Source of the DNA: a virus
Lineage: Duplodnaviria; Heunggongvirae; Uroviricota; Caudoviricetes
Reading direction: 5' to 3' (one strand)
IMG/VR virus record: IMGVR_UViG_2778261454_000009
Coordinates: 1-12,110 of that record
Length of the DNA stretch: 12,110 bases
How positions within the stretch are numbered: position 1 is the stretch's first letter; every line of letters starts with the position of its first letter. Positions 1 to 7,169 of the stretch are shown here, one piece after another. Under the pieces are notes generated by a model, which saw only the letters and a program-made list of their open reading frames with translations, was not told where the DNA came from and did not search any database. The position numbers and the translations under genes are program-made.

Positions 1-1194
1 ATGATCACCGACACAAAGCTCAGGAAGGCGCTCGGCAAGAAAAGAGATGATATCGAGATTATTTCTGATTCGCACGGGCTCAACGCCAGAATCAGCCAGG
101 CCGGAAAAATATCATTTTTCTATCGGTATCGCTGGGCCGGTAAAGCGGTAAAACTCAATGTTGGTGATTATCCTGCAATGAGTATCACCCAGGCAAGAGA
201 GCGTCGCCAACAATTCAGAAACTGGTTAACTGAGGGACTGGATCCGCGAGAGCAGGTGAAGCTGGATAAGCAGACCCGACAGGAAGCGATGTCCGTTGCC
301 GAAGCGTTCAATTACTGGATTGAAAGGCACTGTATCGCTAACGGGCTAGTTAAAGTCGATTACTATCGCCAGGTGTTTGAGAAACATATCGCCGAACCGA
401 TGAAGAATGTCAAAGTCGATAACACAGCGAAAATGCACTGGATCAACGTCTTCGATTCTATAGAAAGCAGGGTGATGGCTCATTACATGCTTTCGCTGTG
501 CAAACGGGCGTTTAGGTTCTGCGTTAACAGAAGTGTGATCGCCTCAAACCCACTCGAGGGATTACTGCCATCTGATGTCGGGCAAAAGCCTAAAAAGAGA
601 ACTCGCAGGATGGACGATGACGATCTGCGCAAAATCTATCAGTGGTTGAAAAGCCATATGTCGATAGAGTCCGTTTTCCTGGTGAAATTTATTATGCTTA
701 CCGGATGCCGTACGGCTGAGATTCGACTTAGTGAGAGATCATGGTTTCGATTGGATGATAATGAGTGGGTCGTGCCTGCGGGCAGTTATAAAACTCGGGT
801 ACATATTAGAAGGGGACTCTCAGACGCCGCCGTTAACCTGGTCAGAAATCACCTCAAGAAAATAAACACCAATCACCTGGTGACTTCACAACGTAAAATT
901 GATGGCGGGATCAAAGATTCGCCCGTTCATTCACCTGTGGCATCCAATTACGCCCGTTCTATTTGGAATGGAACAGGTATGGCAGAGTGGTCGCTTCATG
1001 ATATGAGGCGGACGATAGCCACAAATCTCTCTGAGTTAGGTTGCCCGCCGCACGTAATTGAAAAGCTGCTCGGGCATCAGATGGTGGGGGTTATGGCGCA
1101 TTACAACCTTCATGACTATATCGATGATCAGAAACACTGGCTCCGCGTTTGGCAGAGCCATCTTGAAGAGATCATCGGAGAGCCCTTCAGTTAA
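1..1194 (+). CDS. int: Tyrosine site-specific integrase with N-terminal arm-type DNA-binding domain
   Basis: 397-aa ORF from ATG at 1. N-terminal arm-binding-like motif (FFYRYRW...[13 protein letters not shown]). C-terminal catalytic boxes [14 protein letters not shown] and LGHQ...MAHYNLHDY give the R-H-R-Y signature. The window starts at the start codon, so promoter and att site are not visible and the true start could lie upstream. Confidence 0.9.
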
Positions 1195-1388
1195 TTTATC
1201 TTCTTTTTATCCTCCCACTCTTTGATTGACTCAGAGCGCCAGCGGTTAGGGTTGCCGGGCCAGTCAGGGGGTGGGAACGGGCATACGAAGCCCCGAGGCA
1301 TTGTGTCTGCACTTTGCCATGACCAAAGGGTTTTGCGTGAAATTTTGTAGCGACTGGTCAGGTCTGACGTTACCAAAATATCATCCAT
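1191..1388 (-). CDS. AlpA-family HTH protein, putative excisionase/regulator (Rac ydaQ position)
   Basis: HTH-like core [20 protein letters not shown] and C-terminal [14 protein letters not shown] resemble the phage AlpA/Xis family (from memory). The ORF track extends to 1433 but that codon is TTG with a poor RBS. The in-frame ATG at 1388 is preceded by GGAGAG at about 4 nt. Its stop overlaps the int stop tail-to-tail. Confidence 0.6.
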
Positions 1389-1429
1389 AGCTCTCTCCAG
1401 TTGCCCGTTCGGGCCATTCAAAATCTTTT

Positions 1430-1672
1430 TCAACCAACCTGCCCGGGCAGGGAGCGGAGACGGCGCATGCCGGTCATCGCTGTGGCCACGTAGCTCGCCT
1501 TTCGGTTCACCACCTCCACCCAGACTTTCACGCCTTCAACCTTCACCGTATAAGTCTCTTTCATCTTGCTTCGCCCATAGTCGCCATATGTTTGCAAGTG
1601 AGCTTCCAGCGCGATGTCGCATGCTTGGCGAGCTAAAGGTGATTGCTTACTTCCTCGATTGATCAGTCGCAT
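1430..1672 (-). CDS. Hypothetical small protein (ydaC/ralR position of Rac-like prophages)
   Basis: 80-aa ORF with ATG at 1672 preceded by AAGGAGA, lying in the leftward operon between the recT-like and xis-like genes. No recognisable motif. Confidence 0.5.
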   Translation of the reverse strand: MRLINRGSKQSPLARQACDIALEAHLQTYGDYGRSKMKETYTVKVEGVKVWVEVVNRKASYVATAMTGMRRLRSLPGQVG

Positions 1673-1710
1673 ATAATCTCCTTGAGGGAGGGTTACCCCT
1701 CCCGGTCTCG

Positions 1711-2829
1711 TCAGGCCACGTATTCCGGTTTCATATCCGCCAGGGTGATGCTGAATTGATCGTGCAGTTCATCGCCTAAGTGACGCTTTGAAGATGCAAG
1801 CATGCGCTCGGCTTCAGCGAACCGTTCGGATGCATGCGGCTCGTCGGGCTGGGGCAGGGATTTAATAGCCTCCTCAACCTTGTTGCGTGCATCCACTAGG
1901 TAATAACGCTTTACGGCTTTGTTTTTCAGCTCGGTGAATAGTGCGGATCCCAGCGTAGCTTTCGCCGTTTCAATGTCGGCACGCAGCGATTTGGCGCTAT
2001 CCACGTCCTGAGCAGATTCGATGCGTTCGCGGAAATCATCGGCAAGAGAGTCGACATTTACCGACGATTCCTGTGCGCTTTGCGTGGTTGTGACGGTGTC
2101 ACCTGAGATATCAGCCAGGCTAACGCGTTGCGGCGTTGGGTTGATCTCTTTTTCTGTGCGCTGTTCAATCTCATCAGGGGTGTACACACCAAGAACAACT
2201 GCAGGGCAATACAGGCGCGCCCAGTATTTGAGTGCCAGATAAGCGATCTGCTGTTTCGGGTTTGATACCCAAAGTGGAGAATTACGTGTGATTACGCTGG
2301 AGAGGAAAACAGGCTCTCCCCAGGTGATATCACTTTCACCGCGAATAACGGCACCTACCCGTACCGACAGTCCTTGTTCATCAGCACTTTCCCAACCGCG
2401 TACCATTTCTTTCTTGTCGTACGTCCCGCCACCTTTCGCAGGCTTTTTAACGGTTATCTCGCGGCTGCTGGCACATTTCGACCAGTCGCCCTCGTACTCA
2501 TAGTGAAAGCGGCCAACGATGGCGTTTGAGCTGGAGATCACCGCATTAACCAGTTGCGCTTCGTATCCCAGGACACCGTTAACCAGGTGCGTCTTTTGCG
2601 CCACGGCGTAAGGGTTCATACCCCACTGCATCGCCTGCATGATGATGGCCATGCAGTCTGCCGGATTGCCGCGGAGGTGCTCAGGCACCGTTACGGCTGC
2701 CTGTGCCATCAACCCGGCGACAGACTGAAGCTGGGTTAAAGCCTGCACGTTGAAAATGGCATTGCTGGCTGAGATCGTGTTTGGAGTCTGCTGTTCAGCG
2801 GTTACGATATTCGTGTTTTCCATCATCAT
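1711..2829 (-). CDS. recT: RecT/Red-beta superfamily single-strand annealing protein
   Basis: 372-aa ORF immediately downstream of recE in the same orientation (6-bp gap). Region ...DCMAIIMQAMQWGMNPYAVAQ...LGYEAQLVNAVI resembles the conserved Bet/RecT core (compare lambda Bet ALLIVANQYGLNPWTKEIYAF). AAGGGG RBS before a triple ATG. Family assigned from motif plus recE-recT synteny. Confidence 0.7.
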   Translation of the reverse strand: MMMENTNIVTAEQQTPNTISASNAIFNVQALTQLQSVAGLMAQAAVTVPEHLRGNPADCMAIIMQAMQWGMNPYAVAQKTHLVNGVLGYEAQLVNAVISSSNAIVGRFHYEYEGDWSKCASSREITVKKPAKGGGTYDKKEMVRGWESADEQGLSVRVGAVIRGESDITWGEPVFLSSVITRNSPLWVSNPKQQIAYLALKYWARLYCPAVVLGVYTPDEIEQRTEKEINPTPQRVSLADISGDTVTTTQSAQESSVNVDSLADDFRERIESAQDVDSAKSLRADIETAKATLGSALFTELKNKAVKRYYLVDARNKVEEAIKSLPQPDEPHASERFAEAERMLASSKRHLGDELHDQFSITLADMKPEYVA

Positions 2830-2834
2830 TCCCC

Positions 2835-5800
2835 TTATGCCTGAGTACGCAGCGCTTCAAGGCGGCGCAGGTCGAAGTCGTTCAGTTCGTCGGTGTAGTC
2901 AGCAGTGATTGGCGCTGGCCATTCACCTGTGTCGAATCCGGTTGCGATATTGCGCATCGCTTTGCGGTACTCGAGCATACCCAGCTCCAGTAGTTCAGCG
3001 GATGCCTCGATGATGGCGATCCAGTGGTAGTTCTCGTCTTTGTTGACGAAAATCCAGAAGAACTGGTCCAATGCTGCGGTCTCGCAATACATGGCGGCGC
3101 TCAGGTGGTAATCACGGTCGATGATTTCCCGGTGCAGTTTGGCGCGCAAACCTTCCTGTTTAATGTTCCACATGCTGATGGTTTTCAGGTCGGCACCGAT
3201 GCGAACGCCGTCCAGGTCGATCTCCAGATCAGGACGAACGCGGACTTCCAGACCGGTTTCGTCGTCAAAGCCAAAGTAGCTCACCTCAACAGCGCGGCTC
3301 GGATGCTGAAGCAGCATCCCGGCGGTTGGGTGTGCCAGTAATGCCGACTGAATAGCCAGCGCGGTGCTCAGTTGCTGACGGGTGACCAGCACTTTCCCTT
3401 GCGGATTCTCACGCCAGGCATCCAGCAGTTCGTCGGCAACGACGGCGTCCGGATTAACAGACTTCACGGTCTGGATCAGATCCGCTTTGGTACCGGACAC
3501 TTTCAGTGGTTGGGGCTTCTGCGCCTCCTGTGCAACCAAGTCAGGATTGATGATTGCCAGTTGCTCGAGTAACGCATCACGGCTACCGCTGGTTTTCACC
3601 TGTGCTGGCAGAGTGGCGTTGTATTCCTTGATGCAGGCTTTCATCGCCGCTGCGGTCTGCTTCTGGTCCGCTTCGATACGCTGATACTCTTCAGGAAGCG
3701 ACATATAGCTCTGACCAGTTTCCTCGACTGAACCACCCAGCGGCACCTGTGCTGGCAGAGTGGCGTTGTATTCTTCGAGCAAGGCTTTGATCTCATCTGC
3801 ACTCAGCAGCGCTTGCAGACCTGCGTTGTAATCATCGATAAACGCGCGGATCGTTGCCGTCGTGGTGAATGCGCCTTCCGGAATTACCGGTTCAACGCTG
3901 AATTCGGCATCCAGCAGTTCGGGCTGCAGCGCCAGCGCATGCACCAGGTTTCCCATGTCGAGCACCGGTGAGCGTTCTTTGACGATTGTCTTGGCGACGT
4001 GGCGCGCATTAAAGTACATCAGGCTAACTCGGGCATCTTTCACCTGCGTGGAGCTGATACCGTTGGCGGCGTGGTAAACCTCGTTCGGCAAACCTTCATA
4101 ACGACCTGGCTCGAAGTAAGCGGGATACACGGCTACCGGTTCGTCAGTTTGTACTTCTGGTTCGTTTTGTGCCGCAACTGGCTCAATTTGGTTTACAGAA
4201 TCGCTATTTTGGGCGACAGAATCCGCATTCTGGTTTACATCGGCTTGCTGGCTGGTATGTGACTCTTCACCAGTTTCCAGACTGCTTTCGCTTGACTGCA
4301 CTTCATCACCAGCATGTTTTTCATCACTGACAGTTTCTTCCATCTGCACATGGCTGGTGGTGTCCTCATTAACTGGTGAACGGTCATCTGTTTGTGTTTG
4401 TTGATCGCCCATCAGGCCATCAATGGAGAATACGCCGTTGCCCATGTTGGCGATTTGTGGCTGTTTAGCATCTGTTTTCTGCTCTGCAGCGACCTGCTCA
4501 TTAACCTCATTTTCCCAGCTGACGTCCGGCGCATGACCAGCATCAGCCAGCGTTTCTTCTGAGGGGTTTGAGTGGTCATTTTCGGTTAGATTGGCATTGA
4601 TATATGCCCGCAACCGCCCAGGAAAGTTAACCAATTCGGATGATGTGCCGCGGATGAGTGCAAAGATGGCTGCGCGTGAATAGTCCAGGATGCCAGCGGT
4701 TTTGCGCAGCGCCTCAGACCATTCGCTGAACGGACTTTCTTTCTTGCTGACAATCTCTTTAGCGCGACGGTAGACCCCACCAGGTATGTCGTAGATATTG
4801 AAATCCATTGGCAAGGTGGCCAGCGCAATTTCAACATCCAAAGTGTCCAGTGTGTGGACATAGTCGGTATTACGATCGGTCTTATTTCCACCGCCAGCAT
4901 TGGTTTTGACGTCAGTACGTTGAATCTGCGCAACGCGGTTACCTTTCTGCCATTCCTTGGCCAGCAGGCCACGGTCGATGTAATCAGTGTTGAACCACAC
5001 AGTCAGGAACTGGATAACTGTTGCCAGCTCCGGTTTTTTACCGTCGACAGGGAAGACTTTCTTAACAGCATTCACGACTTTATGAATATCGTGCTCAATG
5101 GCTTTTTTGAATGCTTCCACATTCTCAGCAGCCAGCAGCAGGTTCTGGATGTACGTGTCATCAGTGTCCATCTCAAGGCGGACAATCTCGTTTTTCTGCC
5201 CAGCGTCGATGTGATAGAGATATTCACCATCACCGATGAACTGAGCCAGTACGCGCTGACGGAATGGCAGGGTGGCTACGACGATCAGGTTCGGCTGATC
5301 TGGCTGCTGAGATTGTTCTTCGGGACCGACTTCATCACCAACGCTGGTGGTTTCAGTTTTGAGCAGAGGAAACTTTCCACTGCGCCAGTCTTCAACCAGT
5401 TGATTGCGATCACCTGCTTCTGCGTTCACCCAGTCAGACATGAAAGCAGCGATCACTTCAGGTTCATGCTCTTCACCCTGTTCGAAGATGTCTTTAATCG
5501 CCTGAATCATTTTCCACTCAGCATTAAGACTGAGTTCGCCAACTTCAGGAACATCATTTTTAACCTGCAGCAAGTTCTGGAGATAGGTATTGCTTTCGTC
5601 CAGTGACATTTCGCTGGCAGCCAACTGCTGCTCTTTAGTGACGTGGGTTTGGTATTTATCGTTCATCAGATGGACGGCAAAGCGGACCGCTGGAGTACGG
5701 TTTTCAACCGGGACAATTTCGGACGCAGTCGCATCTTCAACGATTACGGTCGGAGTAGGTGTGTAGGGGGCGTCAACGGAACCAGTAGACACACCAGCGG

Positions 5801-6074
5801 CTTTTGGCAGCCAGGTGCGCCCATCGTCCTGAAGCTCGTAGCGATCACACCAGGTAAAATCAACTTCACCTTCTTTCGGCAGGCCGTCGACAACTGGGAA
5901 ATCAGTGCGAATCGGTTTGGCGTAGTCCTTACCCCGACCTGTTTCGATACCTGCATCTTCCAGCGCAACATCCAGCATCAGATTGGCGCGAGCCTCGGTT
6001 TTAGCAGTGAACCAGACCACTGCATCTTGCTTTCCGGATTTCTGAGTGGCTTTAACCACATTAAAGAATTCCAT
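2835..6074 (-). CDS. recE: Exodeoxyribonuclease VIII (RecE-like), enlarged form with acidic low-complexity linker
   Basis: 1079-aa ORF. N-terminal TDFPVVDGLPKEGEVDFTWCDRYEL and central KVFPVDGK...WFNTDYIDRGLLAKEWQKGNRVAQIQRT...NAGGGNKTDR...LDYSRA blocks match my recollection of E. coli Rac RecE ([51 protein letters not shown]...NAGGGNLTDR). GAGGAT RBS before ATG at 6074. Confidence 0.85.
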   Translation of the reverse strand: MEFFNVVKATQKSGKQDAVVWFTAKTEARANLMLDVALEDAGIETGRGKDYAKPIRTDFPVVDGLPKEGEVDFTWCDRYELQDDGRTWLPKAAGVSTGSVDAPYTPTPTVIVEDATASEIVPVENRTPAVRFAVHLMNDKYQTHVTKEQQLAASEMSLDESNTYLQNLLQVKNDVPEVGELSLNAEWKMIQAIKDIFEQGEEHEPEVIAAFMSDWVNAEAGDRNQLVEDWRSGKFPLLKTETTSVGDEVGPEEQSQQPDQPNLIVVATLPFRQRVLAQFIGDGEYLYHIDAGQKNEIVRLEMDTDDTYIQNLLLAAENVEAFKKAIEHDIHKVVNAVKKVFPVDGKKPELATVIQFLTVWFNTDYIDRGLLAKEWQKGNRVAQIQRTDVKTNAGGGNKTDRNTDYVHTLDTLDVEIALATLPMDFNIYDIPGGVYRRAKEIVSKKESPFSEWSEALRKTAGILDYSRAAIFALIRGTSSELVNFPGRLRAYINANLTENDHSNPSEETLADAGHAPDVSWENEVNEQVAAEQKTDAKQPQIANMGNGVFSIDGLMGDQQTQTDDRSPVNEDTTSHVQMEETVSDEKHAGDEVQSSESSLETGEESHTSQQADVNQNADSVAQNSDSVNQIEPVAAQNEPEVQTDEPVAVYPAYFEPGRYEGLPNEVYHAANGISSTQVKDARVSLMYFNARHVAKTIVKERSPVLDMGNLVHALALQPELLDAEFSVEPVIPEGAFTTTATIRAFIDDYNAGLQALLSADEIKALLEEYNATLPAQVPLGGSVEETGQSYMSLPEEYQRIEADQKQTAAAMKACIKEYNATLPAQVKTSGSRDALLEQLAIINPDLVAQEAQKPQPLKVSGTKADLIQTVKSVNPDAVVADELLDAWRENPQGKVLVTRQQLSTALAIQSALLAHPTAGMLLQHPSRAVEVSYFGFDDETGLEVRVRPDLEIDLDGVRIGADLKTISMWNIKQEGLRAKLHREIIDRDYHLSAAMYCETAALDQFFWIFVNKDENYHWIAIIEASAELLELGMLEYRKAMRNIATGFDTGEWPAPITADYTDELNDFDLRRLEALRTQA

Positions 6075-6213
6075 GTGAGATCCTCATTTTTGGGTGTTAG
6101 AATCCCCGGACCATTGATAGCGCCCATTGGGTTAACTTTGGTTTTAATGTTGTTTCCGGTGTAACTTTGGTCGGTACCACCGGACGTAGATCCCGCCTTG
6201 CGCGGGTTTTACG

Positions 6214-6375
6214 TTAGCCTTCGTGAGCCATCTGGTCGTGCGAAGCGCAACGTTTGGAGCAATACTCTTTTTCTTTGCGCGCCAGCTGTGAGCCGTTGCG
6301 ATAGAGAAGGGTGCTCTTGATTACTTCCTCCGTTTTAACCGGCTTGCCGCAATATCCGCATTTCTTGTCTAACAT
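6214..6375 (-). CDS. Small zinc-ribbon protein (YdaE-like), 53 aa, absent from the ORF track
   Basis: Hand translation of the minus strand gives MLDKKCGYCGKPVKTEEVIKSTLLYRNGSQLARKEKEYCSKRCASHDQMAHEG, with a CxxC ... CxxxC cysteine pattern. GGAGGA lies 4 nt upstream of the ATG. It sits between the kil-position gene and recE, where Rac has ydaE. Confidence 0.6.
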   Translation of the reverse strand: MLDKKCGYCGKPVKTEEVIKSTLLYRNGSQLARKEKEYCSKRCASHDQMAHEG

Positions 6376-6386
6376 GACATCCTCCG

Positions 6387-6593
6387 CTAGTGGCTGAGTC
6401 CATGCCCCAGACCGTTCAGATAAACTTCAACCAGCAAATCCTTGGTGTAAGTCATTTCTACGCCGCGATGCAGATACAAACGTCCGCGAGCGTTAGCTGA
6501 TGCCGTCCAGGTTGAGTCTTTGTGTTTGACGAGCATCCCCGGCTGAACTGCGCCGCGGTTTACTGTCTGTGTACCGTAGTGCTGATGAACCAT
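6387..6593 (-). CDS. Small protein, first gene of the leftward early operon (KilR position by synteny)
   Basis: The ORF track's 116-aa version starts at a TTG (6737) with no usable RBS. The in-frame ATG at 6593 (MVHQHYGTQTVNRG...) is preceded by GGAGAA at about 6 nt and gives a 68-aa product. Function is inferred from position only. Confidence 0.55.
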   Translation of the reverse strand: MVHQHYGTQTVNRGAVQPGMLVKHKDSTWTASANARGRLYLHRGVEMTYTKDLLVEVYLNGLGHGLSH

Positions 6594-6845
6594 GATGTTC
6601 TCCAGTTTTTCTGAGTGAACTTCGCTGGTGGTGCCGCGGCGCTGATCTTCACGGTTGAGCGTTTTAACTCTGCAATTCACCACCGCGAAGCTCACTCTGT
6701 GCTTTGCCCTTGTCGCCAGGCTGGCGGAACGTTTCAAACCTACTGCGCGTTAATCTCACCACCTCATTCCGGTCTTCGTATGCCCCGGACGGCTACTTCG
6801 TGGGCTCCATGCCTGGGTGGTTCGTGGTGCGTCTTGGTGATTGCA

Positions 6846-6874
6846 TATTAAGCCTGAGACTTAAATCATGTCAA
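6846..6874 (-). promoter_or_regulatory. PL-like sigma70 promoter for the leftward operon
   Basis: Minus strand reads TTGACA (6874..6869), a 17-nt spacer, then TTAATA (6851..6846). The spacer and -10 contain the operator palindrome also found at the rightward promoter. Confidence 0.5.
6848..6864. promoter_or_regulatory. Putative repressor operator, 17-bp near-palindrome (OL-like)
   Basis: TTAAGCCTGAGACTTAA is the exact reverse complement of 9062-9078 and is itself a 14/17 palindrome. An additional half-site TCAGGCTTAATT lies at 6902-6913. Confidence 0.45.
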
Positions 6875-7015
6875 GCTCCAGGCGAAATGTGATTGTAAGT
6901 TTCAGGCTTAATTGTGATGTTCACCGAATTGCAGGCAAAAAAAATCCCGACGCTAAGGTCGAGATCGGGGACTTCGTGGCTGGGTGTTGGCGGCTGAGAT
7001 GGTGGGTGAGGGTGT

Positions 7016-7045
7016 AAAAAACCCGGCGCTGTGGCCGGGTTTTTT
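7016..7045. terminator. Bidirectional rho-independent terminator
   Basis: AAAAAA-CCCGGC-gctgtg-GCCGGG-TTTTTT: a 6-7 bp GC stem with a 6-nt loop, flanked by an A-run and a T-run. It starts 2 nt after the stop of the 34-aa ORF and separates the AT-rich unit from the PL-like promoter. Confidence 0.65.
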
Positions 7046-7047
7046 CA

Positions 7048-7152
7048 TTACTGCTGGTTAAATCCTTTCGGCGAGTGCTGCTGTTCTTTATTACCAAATT
7101 TTTGATTTACAATGATTTTATAAGCGTTATTGAGAGCTTGCTTTATAGACAT
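7048..7152 (-). CDS. Small ORF (34 aa) co-transcribed downstream of the HslV-like gene
   Basis: Hand translation MSIKQALNNAYKIIVNQKFGNKEQQHSPKGFNQQ. AAGGAG lies 6 nt upstream of the ATG at 7152, 17 nt after the upstream gene's stop. It ends 2 nt before the terminator and is AT-rich like its neighbour. Short ORFs are prone to false calls. Confidence 0.35.
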   Translation of the reverse strand: MSIKQALNNAYKIIVNQKFGNKEQQHSPKGFNQQ

Positions 7153-7169
7153 TAATATCTCCTTATGTG

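Noticed and set aside
1686-1703. GGGAGGG-tta-CCCTCCC hairpin between the recT stop and the next gene
   Set aside because: Short stem adjacent to the downstream RBS with no T-run. Could be translational coupling structure or coincidence; not enough to call.
4586-5971. Minus-strand ORFs 4586-4972 and 5744-5971 within recE
   Set aside because: Alternative-frame ORFs embedded in the recE coding sequence on the same strand, with Arg/Pro/Trp-rich composition typical of out-of-frame translation.
6131-6160. TTTGGTTTT-containing stretch checked as a possible second hix/gix-like site
   Set aside because: It does not fit the 12-2-12 half-site pattern, with poor matches in the left half. It lies in the intergenic region upstream of recE, 5 kb from the invertase.
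2021-6164. Plus-strand ORFs of 61-250 aa from the six-frame track lying inside recT and recE (for example 3024-3341, 3382-3684, 4854-5606, 5643-6164)
   Set aside because: All are antisense to the long, motif-supported recT and recE reading frames. None has a convincing RBS or recognisable motifs. They are typical shadow ORFs of coding sequence.
6192-6210. GC hairpin (CCCGC-cttgc-GCGGG) followed by TTTT on the plus strand, just downstream of the zinc-ribbon gene
   Set aside because: The T-run is on the plus strand, where no credible gene is transcribed. On the minus strand the hairpin is followed by AUCU, so it is not an intrinsic terminator for the operon. Possibly an RNA-stability element; not pursued.
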